Assembly (NCBI GenBank): GCA_963575745.1
Contig: CAUYUJ010000059.1
Location: 62,001 to 126,000, forward strand
DNA: 64,000 bases
Reading direction: 5' to 3'
Origin: Prorocentrum cordatum
Taxonomy: Eukaryota
Both the position numbers and the translations under genes were made by a program. Position 1 is the stretch's first letter. The number at the start of each line of letters is the position of its first letter. The notes under the pieces are model-generated. The model saw only the letters and a list, made by a program, of their open reading frames with translations. It was not told the origin of the DNA and made no database searches. Below, piece after piece: positions 24,719 to 37,466 of the stretch.

Positions 24719-26392
24719 TGCTAAGATTCCTACTGGGCCAACTTGCTTTCAGCCGGAGATGGCCGGGGGGGCGGTGGGACGGGGCCACCTCCCACCCGCC
24801 TAAGGGTCGAGGAAGCGTGCGACTCGATGAAGCCAGAACTCGGATCTGCCGAAGTTGTTTGACGAGCGAGTCCTGGATTTTGACGGTCCCGTTTTCGTGG
24901 GATGTTTGCACTGGGAGTTCGTGTCAAATTTCAGATCGGCGTTCGTCGTTTTCATGATGGCCCCGTCAGGCCAACCCGAGTCCCCCGTACCCGAGTATGT
25001 CGTCTTCCCGATGACGGTCCCGCCGCCTCTCGTGGACGAGCCAGGTCACACCGGAGAAGGAAGGATGTGGCATCTCGAGTCCTCTCACGCCAGCGGTGGG
25101 CCGCCACTGGTGTAAAGAGCGGCCAGAGGCTTGGGGTGTCTGGGCCCCAACACCATGGCCGCTCCACGGCCGCCGATCAATGGCCGAGGCCTCGCGCGAC
25201 GCGCCCGACAGCGGCCGCGGCGTCGCGGGACTCACCTCGGATCGGACCGGGGAGCTGGCGCCGCGTCGCCGCCAGGTAGGAGGACCGGGGCTGGGAGGCG
25301 CACGTGGAGGCTTCCGGGCAGCTCGGGCGCGAAGTGTACAGCCGGACCGAGGTATAAGATCGAGGTCGGGGAGGGTACCCCGATGTTCCTCGTGCTTGTT
25401 GACTGTTCATGTGCATCCTGGGGGAGGGTACCCTCGAATGTTCTTCAGTTTGGCTGGTGGAGGGTCTCGTCTATTCTTGAGGAATATTCTTCTGTCCTAG
25501 GTCCAGCCGTAAGAACAGTGTTCCCCCCCCCCCCCCCAGGCGTAGGCCGCCCGGTGTAGGGGAGGGGGGGGGGGCGAAGGCTGCGTCCGACCATAGGCGC
25601 CGAAGCCTACAGCAGCAACGAGGGGAGCCGGAGGAACACGAAGACATTGCGAATGTCGAGGAGGAGGAGGAAGAGGAGGAGGAGGAGGCCGGTCGGTCAG
25701 TCGGTCGGTCGGTCGGTGGCGGACCACGAATGGACCTGTCGTATGGGGGTGGGAGCATTTATGTTTTCCTGCGGCCCGAATGAAAATGAGGAGGAGGAAT
25801 CGAGGAGAGGAGGATAAAACAGGGCTAGGATCGGGATAAATCGCTCCAGAGCGTTCCGGAGCGCTCTCAGAGCGTTCCGGAACGCTCTGGAGCGGCCGCG
25901 GCGCCCAATACATCCTCCAAACCCGCCGATTCTCAGAGATTTCGAGTTATCCCGATCCGATGTTGTCCCGATCCTCGCGTCGTTCTAGAGGAGGAGGGGG
26001 AGAAGAGAAGGGAGAGAGTGAGAAGAATATGGGAATCGATGAAAGGAGGAGGAGGAGGAGGAGGAGGAGGGATCAGGCTATGGAGGAGGAGGAGGAGGAG
26101 AAGGACAGTTCCACTTCCTCTTCCGCCGCGGAGGACGAGTAAGAAGACGACGAAGATGACGAAAACGCCATCATCGCCGCCGAACAGAAAAGACGGAAAC
26201 GCCCCCTCGCTGGGGCTCTGACGAACCAGCGACGCCATTACGCCAGGAAGGAGCTGGCGGCGGAGCTCGACGCCATGCCCGAGCACCAGGCGCTCCACAG
26301 GGCCGTGGCCGAGACCGTTCGCGCCCCAGACGGCGACGGCGGCGACGGCGACGGCGGCGACGACGACGGCGGATGACGACGACGACGGCGGA

Positions 26393-26470
<78 letters not shown>

Positions 26471-26658
26471 CGGCGGCGGCGGCGGCGGCGGCGAAGACGA
26501 CGACGGCGACGACGACGACGATGACGATGATCGAGGATCGAGGGTCGGCTACGCGGAAGAGTGAGCCTACGTTGGACTGACCTCGAGTGCGGGCCCATGG
26601 GTGTCCCCCCAGCGCTGGCCTGCGCGTATGGACTTGACCTGCCCGCGGCCCCCTAGGC

Positions 26659-26821
26659 TTGAGTCGGGCCTGTCCCTCTACAGGAGGAATATTCAAAAAT
26701 AATATTAAAAATCAGTCTGGGCATTACTGTTTTAGTATGTGTTGACAAGTTTGATGTAATTTTGGGACATTTTTGGAGTTTTCGCCCAAGATCCCCCTGT
26801 AGGGGGACAGGCCCGACTTAA
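26659..26821. mobile_element. MITE M2, 163 bp
   Basis: M2 TIRs; flanks CCCTAGGC / CCCGAGGC (7/8). Confidence 0.88.
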
Positions 26822-27137
26822 CCCGAGGCCCGCGCATCACAGTCATTCTTGCCTGGGGTCGCACACACGTCAAGCCGACGAGTCCAGGCCCAAGAAAGCA
26901 GAACTCTGCAGACCAGGACTTTGCCAGATCCAGCGGGAGAACGCAAATACACCCATCAAGCATCTCAAGAACAGCGCGTCAGCTTCGATGGGCTCCAGAT
27001 CTCATGCAAGAAATTCAAGAACCTGGACTGGGCCCTGGACGTATTCTTGGAGCTTTTTGGATCGTAGAGCTGTCGTGTCCCTGGGCGTGGTCTGCTGCTG
27101 TTGAGAAAACGCTTGGAGGGAAATCGCAGGCCCAGAT

Positions 27138-27318
27138 ATTGACACCAACACCAAGATCGGCGGTGTGCCTCTGCCGAGGGAAGACGATCCCGATCTCGGT
27201 GATGGTGGTAATGATTATGGCTTCCAGGGTGGCCGAATGATTGCCACCAGCACCGGAATCCAGGATCGTCTTCCCCCTGTGGAGGCACCCCCCCGTGTTG
27301 GTGTTGGTGCCTCCAATG
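27138..27318. mobile_element. 181-bp hairpin element flanked by ~50-60 bp direct repeats
   Basis: Arms 27138-27212 and 27240-27318 are inverted; GTCCCTGGGCGTGG.CTGCTGCTGTTGAGAA..CGC.TGGAGGGAAA on both sides. Confidence 0.7.
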
Positions 27319-28559
27319 TCCCTGGGCGTGGGCTGCTGCTGTTGAGAACACGCCTGGAGGGAAAGGCCACCCTCTCAGCGTCAGCGTCTCGTGCCTCTGC
27401 GCGGGGGTGCCGCGGAGACTGCCCCGGCCCGCGGCCGCGGCCCTCCCGGCAGCCGCCGGCGCCCCGGCCTCTGGCAGGGCTCCCCGTGCACGGGGCCCTG
27501 GCTGCGGGTCGAGGGCCGCAGACGCTGTCTTGGGCGCGCATCTGCAAAAAAAACTGACAAAAACAACTCCAAACTTTTGTGTTCAGTATTGTTGCTGGCA
27601 CAAAACAAAACAGTCAAAAACATGTGAAGCAGAACCCTCCACAATCTCCAGGGACCGCTCCGTGCTGCGTGTCAGCTTTCGCTTCGGCAGGGTTGAGGGC
27701 CGAGGATCAGGTTTGCTGGACGTCTGAGGGAGGAGGGTCCGAGGGGGGAGGGGAGGAGGGGTAATTGTTGACGCTTCGCGGATCCCCACTGGCCCATCCA
27801 GAAACAGATGGCCAGGCGAGTTGCTTTGATCAGGGAAGTGTAGACGCATGCAGTGTAACAACCGTTTTGGAAGTGCTTTCTCGGAGGTCTCTTGCAGCCA
27901 TCTTGGGTCTCTCGTGGGGTCCTAGCGGAGCCACTTGGGGCACTCTTGGTGCCCTCTTGGGGCATCTTGGGGTCCAGGTGCCCTGCTAAAGCCTTTCGGG
28001 AGGGTCTGGGAGGCCTCTTGGGGCCACCCTGGCTCCCAGGGCTCAAAAAGAGAGGGGTAAAGGATTCAGGCCCCCCCCTCGGAGGCTCACAAATGTCGTC
28101 TTGAGTCCCTCTGGAGCCGTTCTTGGAGCGCTCTTGAGCGCTCTTGGGGCCGTCTTGGAGCCCTCTTAAGTCCCTCTTGGGGCATCTTGCGGCCATTTTG
28201 GAGCCTCCGAGGCCCATTGGAAGCGATAAGGCGAGAAAGCAACAATCATAAACGTTCCTTTGGTTTGGGAGCCATTTTGGCCTCTTGGAGGGTCCTTGGA
28301 GGGCTCGGGGGGCACTTGAAACCATCTCGGGGCCGTCTTGAGGCCTCTTGAATGTGCGTCGGCGGCTATCTTGAGCCATCGTGGGAGCCATCTTGGAGGC
28401 CATCTTGGGGTCTCTTAGGCGCTCCTGGAGCCATCTTGTGGGCGATCTTAGGGGATATAACGCCTCGCGCCCCTCCCCTCTCCCGGGCCCACGGGAGGGG
28501 GTAGGGGGGAGGGGTCGAGCTGCCCGCCCGCCCGCAAGCCGTCTAGCTCACTCCCCCCG

Positions 28560-29714
28560 CCCTCCCAGCACATAAGTAACACCCGGGCCTGAGCATGCTC
28601 AGCGGTCGCCTTTGGATGGGCAGCTACTGGGAACCACGGCCGACCCCAGGTGCGCGACGCTTGGGCGAGGTGCGCCACGAGTGCCAGGGGCGCCACGCGC
28701 GCCAGGCACCCCTGGGGCCCGAGCGTGCCAGGCACGCCTGGTGCGCCAGATGCGCCACGAGCTCCGATTGCGCCAGGTGTGCCGCACACTGCAGCCGCGC
28801 CAGGTGCGTTTCGTTAGGGGCACGCGCAGAGTGTGTCAGGTGCGCCTGCACATGTGACAGCACACCGGGAAACATGTCGACCCCGGGCATGTTTGTCGAA
28901 AACTAATGCCCAACATTGTGTTTGGCGGGCCTGCCTGCGCACAGCAGGCCACGCGACACCACCCCCGCCGTCCCTGTTAACAACCACTTGACAGTGATCG
29001 CGAGATGGCCGCGCATGATCCAGATTTAGCCGCGAGGTGCATGCTGTATTGCTTTTCGACAGGATGGTAGCCCTGCGCGCAGCAGGCAACATGCTGATAC
29101 CCCCGCCGTCCCGGTCAAGAACAATACAGAGTGCTCGTGGGCCTCACGAACATAATTCAAGATTTTGTCCCAAAGTGTACTTTGCATTGTTTTTGACAGG
29201 GATGGTGGGGGGGGCCGCATCGGTTTGGCCGCGCATGCTCCAAATGTGGAGGCAGAGTGCGGTTTGTATTGTTTTTTGAAGGATTGTTGGGGGCGGTCCC
29301 GCATGTAGTCGGCATGGTTCCGGGTTGGCCGCCGGCCGGATGGGGGAGGGGGTGTATATTAAAGAGGAACAGTGGTCAAGACATTTTCTTAGATAGCAAA
29401 CCGTCTAGCACACTCCCACCCGCCCCAACACATATGTAACACCAGAGCCTCAGCATGTTCAGCGATCGTCGTCGGGATGGACAGCTGCTGGGAATCAAAA
29501 CCGACCCCATGTGCACGACGCTGGGGGGGCGACGTGCGCCACGAGTGCCAGATGCGCCACGTGCTCCAGGTGCGCCAGGTGTGCCGCATACTCCAGCCAC
29601 GCCAGGTGCGCCACGTTCGGGACACGTGCAAAGTGTGTTAGGCGCGCCTGCGCACGCGACAGCACACATCGGGAAACATGTCGGCCACCACCATCCTCGT
29701 CGAAAACCAATGCC

Positions 29715-29777
<63 letters not shown>

Positions 29778-30198
29778 TGTGTCTGGTGGGCCTGCGCACA
29801 GCAGGCCCCGCGACACCACCACTGCCGTGCCTGTCATAAACCACTTTGCAGTGATCGCGGGATGGCTGCGCATGATCCAGATTTAGCCGCGACGTGCATC
29901 GTGTATTGTTTTTCGACAGGATGGTGGCCCTGCGCACAGCAGGCGATATGCTGACACCCCCGCCGCCCCTATCAAAAACCATACAAACTGCTCGCCGGCC
30001 TGAGGACCATGACTCAAGACTTTGTCCCAAAGTGTATGTTGAATTGTTTTTTGAAAGGGATGGTGGGGTAGGGGGGCCGCATCGGGTTGGTTTGACAGGG
30101 ATGGTTGGGGTGTGTGATCATAGGTTCTGCAATTTTCTTGGTTGGCTGCCTGTCGCCTGAGAGAGGAGGTGTATGTTTAATTGGGAATAGTGATCAAC
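28560..30198. repeat. Diverged tandem duplication, ~860-bp offset; (CAT)n expanded only in copy 2 (29716-29777)
   Basis: TAACACC...AGCATG.TCAGCG at ~28578 and ~29437, colinear through ATGATCCAGATTTAGCCGCGA. Confidence 0.9.
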
Positions 30199-30541
30199 CC
30201 CTCCCCCGAGCAGGGGGAGTAGGGATATTGGCCGAGAGAAGACAAACTCGCTAAGGCACCTACGCCCAGACCAGAGGGATGGCGGGACTAATCCAGCTGC
30301 CGTCTGCAATTTCGCCACCTTGCCTGCACAGCATTTTGGGTGGCAGCTACTCGAGAAAGCAAGGGGGCCTGCTGGGGGCCTCTTGGGGCAGAAGTATCAA
30401 ATGCTTGGTTCGTGTTCCCACTCTTGGGCCCTTCTTGGGGCTCTCTTGTGCAGTCTTGGGCCGTCTTGGAGCCCTCTTGGCCGTCTTGCAGCTCTCTTGT
30501 GGGCCTTTTGAGGGGAGTCTGGTGGGATTCCATATCACACG

Positions 30542-30750
30542 ATACAACGAGCCCGCCGCAAGCGCCGAATTTTCCGTCAAAGTAAGTGGGTGGGTCGCGG
30601 GTGGGTCGCGGGTGGGTCGCGGGGTGGCTCGCGGGTGGGTTGCGGGTGGGTCGCGGGTTAGTCGCGGGTAATTCGCGGGCCGGGTCGCGGGAGGGACGAC
30701 AACAAACAACAACAACAACAACAATAACAACAACAACAACAACAACAACA
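30542..30750 (+). repeat. Head + (GGGTCGC/GGGT) minisatellite + (CAA)n module; inverted copy at 41610-42002
   Basis: GCCGCAAGCGCCG head, minisatellite and GGGACGACRACAAACAAC junction are all mirrored. Confidence 0.8.
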
Positions 30751-31483
30751 ATTACTAGCACGTGGGGACACACCGTTCTCACCAGTGCCAGGGTTTTCAT
30801 AGGAGGCGGGCAATACCCCCTCTTTGTGGGGGGGCCGGTTCAAGCTCTACCAAATTTCCAAACGACTCTTCGCCACCACCCACACCCAGCTTCCCGCCCT
30901 ATGACGTTCGGACACTTCACTTCGTGGCATGCGGACGACCGTGGCTACTATTCAGGGCCCCGCGGCCGACGACGACGGCGTGCGCGCGCGAAGAAAAAAC
31001 GAATGTGTCCCGCATGGTATTATTTGACAGGGATGATGGCCCTGGCAGGTGCGCAACCGTTGTTGCAGAAGTTCGAAAAAGTTGCTCGCAAAAGCCCGTT
31101 TGACAGAAATGATTAAAAAAGTGTTGGGTTTCCTACGAATCCGCAAGAGCGCGCGGGATGAAATTTTGACATTTTTTTTGAAAAACCATTGGTTTTTTGA
31201 TGTTTTTATGTTAAAATCGCTACGAAAACTAAGGTTTTGGAAGGATTTCGTCTTGCGCGCGCGAATGTCCACTTTACCTTATTTTTTGCAAGGGATTCTT
31301 GAAGTTTGGTTATGTTAGAACAAGAAATGTCCACTTTAGCTTTTTTTTTTTTTTGCAAGGGAGAACCGATCGTAACAACACAACCGGATCCGGACTCCCC
31401 CGTTTTGCCTGAGACTTCCTCACGAAAGTGATGAAAATGAGGCTGCGGCCTAGGCGCGGCGGGGGGGTCGTGCACCAGGGGTC

Positions 31484-31558
31484 CCAACAATAATTATTCT
31501 TAAGAAGAAATAATGTTCAACAACAACAACAACAACAACAACAATAGCAGCAACATCA

Positions 31559-31589
<31 letters not shown>

Positions 31590-32338
31590 CAACAACAACA
31601 ATAACAGCAACAACAACAACAATCATCATTTTAAGATTGTTCGCTCTTATTGGCACAAGTGTCTCGCACTCCGTATACCCCAACCCTCGATACCCGCCCA
31701 CTTCGATTGCACCCCCGTTCGGGTGGAATTTCTTCTTTGTCGGCCATTGACTGAAGTGCGAAGAAGTCTCGAGCGAGAGCGCCGTTCCTGAGTTCGGGGG
31801 CCTCTCTGGCCAGGGGCTCTCGGAATACCTATGGAGAAATATCGAAAAGGGAGCCCTTGTCGCCGTGTTTGGGCCTCCATCAACTTGCCTGGATTACGGG
31901 AAAGTCTCGAGCGAGAGCTCCGTTCCTGAGTTCGGGCGCCTTCTTGGCCAGGGGCTCTCGAAGTACATCGTGAGGAAGTATCGAGCAGGAGCCCTTGTCG
32001 TCGTGGCTTGGCCTCTGCCAGCTTAATTGAATTGCGAGGACGTCTCGAGCGAGAGCGCCGTTCCTGAGTTCGGGGGCCTCTCTGGCCAGCGCGTCTCGGG
32101 GTAAATTGCGAGGAAGTATCGAGCGGGAACCGTTGTTGTCGTAGCTGGGCCTCCAAGGGCCCACATTCAGGCTCAAACCAACGCTCGAGCTCGCTTTCAG
32201 AGAAAATGTAGATGGCGTCGAGGCGAGAAAGCGCGGAACCGTTTCCGGAGATCAACAATAGTCATACTTTAGAAATGAGTATTCCACAACAACAGCAACA
32301 ACAGCAGCAGCAACAACAACAACAACATCAACATCAAT

Positions 32339-32380
<42 letters not shown>

Positions 32381-35300
32381 AACAGCATCAGCACCAACAG
32401 TAACAGCAACAGCAACAACAACAATCAGTTTCATAGTGTTCGTTCTTACTTGCTCGCGTGCCATGCAGTACATATATATGTGTGTGCAGATATCAGAGTG
32501 AGGGGGCCGAGCGGTCATTCATTGTCCCTGCGTGCGTGGCTGAAGTGGGGATCCCTGGTGAGGATTATGTTCCTTGCGTTGTTGTTGCTGGTGTTGCTGT
32601 TGTTGTTGTTGAGCTCTCATGTCTGAAGAACAGTTATTGTTGATCCCCCCTCACCGGTGCATATTGCTTTTTCTCAATCAAAGTGTGCCCCTCGACGCTC
32701 GCACCCTGATGTTCCCTACCTAGGCTCTGGCTAGAAGGGTTCTTACTCTCTATCTTAAGGGGCCAGGCAGTGTAACCCGCCCCGGGCGGTTCCCCCAGGA
32801 TCCGCCCCGCGGTTCCCCCAGTTGCGCCCCCTTGGGTTCACCCAGCTGAGCTAAGCTAAGCTTAGCTTAGCTTAGCTTATCTCATCCAAGTTTAGCTTAG
32901 CTTAGCTTAGCTTTGCCTAGCCTAGCTTAGCTTAGCTTAGCTTAGCTTATCTAGTCTTACCTTAGCTTAGCTTAGCTTAGCTTGACTTGGTTTGGTTTAG
33001 CTTAGGTCAGCTTAGCCTAGCCTAGCTTAGCTTAGCTTAGCTTATTGTATCACAGCTTAGCGTACCTTAGCTTAGCGCAGCGCAGCGCAGCATAGCGCTG
33101 CGCAGCATTAGCACATCATAGCATAGCATAGCATAACATAGCATCGCCAATCATAGCATAGCATAGCATAGATCAGCATAGCATAGCATAGTTCGGTGTA
33201 GATGTAGATGTTGCGTTCCCTAAATGCTCCAACTCCTAGGTCGGGTCGCACTGGGATCATTTTAACAGGGAAAGTCTTGATGCTCAAACTGTACCCCTGG
33301 CCCCCCCGGATTACAACAACAACGACTCCCGCCTGAGACTTCCTCCACATTTACTCAGGAACCCCGTTCCTGAGACGTCCTCACAATTTACTCAGTATTG
33401 GTGCTTCCGCCTGTGACTTCCTCGCAATTTAGTCAGGACCCCCGCTCCCATTTGAGAATTCCTCACAGTACACTCAGGAACGGCGCTCCCGCTTGAGACG
33501 TCCTCGCAATTGAATCAAGACTTCCTCGCAATTGAATCAAGGCCCCCGCTCCCGCCAGAGAACCTTTCACATTTTATTGAAGAGTAGCGCTCTCGCCTGT
33601 GATTTCCATGCAATCTATTTAGAAATCGCGCTTTCGACGCTCAGGAAACACGCTGCACCAAGGACGCCCTTACAATGTACTTAGTAATCGCGCTCTCGCC
33701 GTACTCAGGCATCCCGCTTGAATGTCCCACCCGCCCGGCCCACCCGTGAGGGGATCGCCCGCCCGTCGTGGGCTCCCGCCCGAGACTTCCTTCAGGAACG
33801 GCGCTTTCGCCGAGGACTTCCTTGAACGTTCACGCTCTTACCTTCCTGCTCCTTCTCCCTCTCCCTCCTCCCTCCTCCCTCCTCTCCTCCCTGCTCTCTC
33901 CCTCCTCTCTTCCCTCACCCTTATGCCTCACTGCCCAATCCCCTCTCCCTCCTCTCCCTCCTCCCTTTTCCCTCCCCTCTCCTGCCTCCTCCCTCCCTCT
34001 TTCTTTCTCTTTCTCTCTCTCTCTCTCTCTCCCCTCTCTCTCTCTCTCTCTCTTTTTTTCTCTACCTCTCTGATCAACCGCCCCCCTCTTCGCTCCTTCT
34101 CTCCTGGCGTTTTCCCTCTTCCTTCGCCCCTCCCCCTCCCTTCCTCCCACTCTCCCTCGTTATCCCCCTCCTCTTCCGATGGCGGGCACATGTACGCCCA
34201 CACCAATTCCAATTCCAATGGCGTGCACATGTACGCCCACGAAGGATCGTCCGCCCGTTCAGGTTTGCCCGCCTGTCTAAGCCCGCCGCCCCCCGCAAAG
34301 AGAAAGAATCCCCCAAAGGGGGTATGATCGAAGACACAAAGGGCGGGTATCGAGGGTGTGGGGAACTCGTTTTGAATGACACGCGGGCAAGTAAGAGCGA
34401 ACAGTCTTAGAATGATTGTTGTTGTTGGTGGTGTTGTTGGTGTTGTTGGTGTTGTTGGATTCTCATTTCTGAAGAATAATTATTGTTGATCCCCCGCCGC
34501 TGGTGCATACTGTTTTTTCTCAATCAAAGTGTGCCCCTCGACGCTCGCACCTGTTGTTCCCTACCTAGGCTCTGCCTAGAAGGGCTCTAACTCTCTATCT
34601 TAAGGGGCCGGGCAGTGTAACCCGCCCCGGGCGGTTCCCCCAGAGAGAATTTAGTTGGCGTCGAGGCGAGAGCGCGCGGAACCGTTTCCGGATATCAACA
34701 ACAGTCATTCTTTAGAAATGCGTATTCCACAACAACAGCAGCAGCAACAACAGCAGCAGCAAGAACAACAACATCAACACCAACAACAGCAACAACAGCA
34801 GCAACACCAACAGTAACAGCAACAGCAACAACAACAATCAGTTTCACAGTGTTCGTTCTTACTTGCTCGCGTGCCATGCAGTATATATACATATATATGT
34901 ATATGTATATATATGTGCGCAGATATCAGGGTGAGGGGGCCGAGCGGTTATTCATTGTCCCTGCGTGCGTGGCTGAAGTGGGGATCCCTGGTGAGGATTA
35001 TGTTTCTTGCGTTGTTGTTGCTGCTGTTGTTGTTGTTGAGCTCTCATGTCTGAAGAATAATTATTGTTGATCCCCCACCGGTGCATACTGTTTTTTCTCA
35101 ATCAAAGTGTGCCCCTCGACGCTCGCACCCGGTTTTTTTACAGGGAAGGTTTTGGTGTTCAAACTGTGCCCCTGGCCCCCCGGATTACAACAACAACGGC
35201 TCCCGCCTGAGATTTCCTCCAAATTTATTCAGGACCCCCGCTCCTGAGACGTCCTCACAATTTACTCAGCATCGGTGCTCCCACCTGAGACGTCCTCGCA

Positions 35301-35916
35301 ATTCAGTCAAGACCCCCGGCTCCATCTGAGATTTCCTCACAATTTACTCCGGAACGGCGCTCCCGCTTGAGACTTCCTCGCAATTGAATCAAGACTTCCT
35401 CGCAATTTAATCAAGGCCCCCGCTCCCGCCAGAGAACTTTTCACATGTTATTAAGGAATTGCGTTCTCGCCTGTGACTCCCATGCAATGTATCCAAGAAT
35501 CGCGCTTTCGACGCTCAGGAAACACGCTGCGCCAAGGACGCCGTTACAAATTACTGAGTAATCGCGCTCTCGCCGTACTCAGGCATCCCGCTTGAATGTC
35601 CCACCCGCCCGGCCCGCCCGTCAGGGGATCGCCCGCCCGTCGTGGGTTCCCGCCCGAGACTTCCTTCAGGAACGGCGTTTTCGCTTAGGACTTCCTTGAA
35701 CGTTCACGCTCTTACCTTCCTGTTCCTCCTCCCTCTCCCTCCTCCCTCCTCCCTCCTCTCCTCCCTTTTTTTGTTTTCTCTCTCTCTCTCTCTCTCTCTC
35801 TTTCCTCTCTTCCCTCATCCTTGTGCCTCTCTGCCCAATCCCCTCTCCCTCCTCTCCCTCCTCCCTTCTCCCTCCCCTCTCCTGCCTCCTCCCTCCCTCT
35901 TTCTTTCTCTCTCTCC

Positions 35917-35950
<34 letters not shown>

Positions 35951-36320
35951 ACCTCTCTGATCAACCGCCCCCCTCTTCGCTCCTTCTCTCCTGGCGTTTT
36001 CCCTCTTCCTTCGCCCCTCCCCCTCCCTTCCTCTTTTTGCAGAGCCCATACCAATTCCAATGGCGGGCACATGTACGCCCACGAAGGATGGTCCGCCCGT
36101 TCAGGTTTGCCCGCCTGTCTAAGCCCGCCGCCCCCCCGTAAAGAGAAAGAATCCCCCAAAGGGGGTGTGATCGAAAACAAAAAGGGCGGGTATCGAGGGT
36201 GTGGGGAACTCGTTTTGAATATCACGCGGCCAAGTCAGAGCGAACAGTCTTAGAATTATTGTTGTTGTTGATGGTGTTGGTGTTGTTGTTGCTGGTGTTG
36301 TTGGTGTTGTTGCTGATACA
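31484..36320. repeat. Cluster of one ~1.2-1.9 kb modular repeat: inverted copy 31484-32160 (138-bp internal units) and a direct duplication 32198-34490 vs 34641-36320
   Basis: Shared CTGAAGAA.A.TTATTGTTGATCCCCC junction (near 32640, 34490, 35070), GAGACTTCCTC.CAATT subrepeats and the GGGCGGGTATCGAGGGT block. Confidence 0.9.
32707..33259 (+). mobile_element. Conserved-end cassette carrying (CTTAG)n and (GCATA)n arrays
   Basis: Absent from the paralogous site near 35130; TGAT...ATCA termini; ends shared with 15863-16337; truncated copy at 34552-34642. Confidence 0.75.
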
Positions 36321-36565
36321 GGCGGGGCAAGCCCCCCCGGGGGGGGAGGGGGGGAGGGGGGGGGGGGAACAACACAACACAACACAACGCACCCCTACAG
36401 GAGGATCCTGTGGGATCCGTACAGGGTTCCATAGGATTCCCACACGACCCTTACAGGGTTCCATAGGACGCCCATAAAACCCCTACAGAGTTCCATCGGA
36501 CTCCCATTCGACCCCCACAGGGTTCCATCGGAGTCCCATAGAACCCCTACAGGGTTCCATCGGAC

Positions 36566-37466
36566 TATTTCGGCGCACCCCTCACGCGGCTCGTGGCCCT
36601 ACAGGGGGCGCAGCCGAAGGCTTCGGGACCATTTCGGCGCACCCCTCACACGGTTCGTGGCCCTACAAGGTGCGCAGCCGAAGGCTTTCGCGGCCCCACA
36701 TGTGGCGCACCCGAAGGCTTCGGGCCCATTTCGGCGCACCCCTCACACGGTTCGTGGCCCCACAGGGGGCGCAGCCGAAGGTTTCGGGCCCATTTCGGCG
36801 CACCCCTCACACGGTTCGTGGCCCCACACGGGGCGCAGCCGAAGGCTTCGGGACCCTTTCGGCGCACCCCTCACACGGTTCGTGGCCCCACAGGGACCGC
36901 ACCCGAAGGCTTCGGGCCCATTTCGGCGCACCCCTCACACGGTTCGTGGCCCCACAGGGGGCGCAGCCGAAGGCTTTCGCGGCCCCACATCGGGCGCACC
37001 CGAAGGCTTCGGGTCCATTTCGGCGCACCCTTCACACGGTTCGTGGCCCCACATGTGGGCGCAGCCGAAGGTTCCGGGCCCATTTCGGAGCGCCCCTCAC
37101 ACGGTTCGTGGCCCCACATGGGGCGCACCCGAAGGCTTCGGGCCCATTTCGGTGCACCCCTCACACGGTGCGTGGCCCCACAGGGGGCGCAGCCGAAGGC
37201 TTCGGGACCATTTCGGCGCACCTCTCACACGGTTCGTGGCCCTACAAGGTGCGCAGCCGAAAGCTTTCGCGGCCCCACATCGGGCGCACCCGAAGGCTTC
37301 GGGCCCATTTCGGCGCACCCCTCATACGGTTCGTGGCCCCACACGGGGCGCAGCCGAAGGTTTCGGGTCCATTTCGGCGCACCCCTCACACGGTTCGTGG
37401 CCCCACATGGGGTGCACCCGAAGGCTTCGGGTCCATTTCGGCGCACCCCTCACACGGTTCGTGGCC
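36566..37466. repeat. 64-bp minisatellite, 13 units, with a ~289-bp higher-order period
   Basis: CATTTCGGCGCACCCCTCACACGGTTCGTGGCCC + CACAGGGGGCGCAGCCGAAGGCTTCGGGCC; an extra 33-bp subunit every fourth unit. Confidence 0.95.

Larger units (their letters stand above)
23370..25330 (-). pseudogene. DIRS-like retrotransposon relic (RNase H followed by tyrosine recombinase N-terminal part), split by four MITEs
   Basis: Ordered degenerate motifs across frames: PRSSYLAAT-ASS (PWS..DAS), AAVGRV, EDDILGYGG, GPSKSRT/LVKQLRQI (KGRS..L...LR), PSHRPPG; then FFPAIG, RSAMDG/GWLCPGTT, and VFDMFTY after MITE removal. Confidence 0.5.

Noticed and set aside
26849..27067. Protein-like short ORFs (also 51130-51329 and 16340-16500) as exons
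   Set aside because: No recognisable domain or splice support; cannot be decided without RNA data.
28270..28385. Partial matches to the dinoflagellate spliced leader (AGCCATTTTGGC; also TCCGTAGCC near 8385 and TTTGGGCTCAGG at 63001)
   Set aside because: Short matches only, within a GCCATCTTGG-type repeat or without a downstream ORF.
32850..33075. (CTTAG)n as a telomeric repeat
   Set aside because: Not TTTAGGG or TTAGGG; it is internal cargo of a cassette.
36566..37466. CRISPR-like repeat/spacer look
   Set aside because: The intervening segments are near-identical, not unique spacers; there are no cas genes and the context is eukaryotic.
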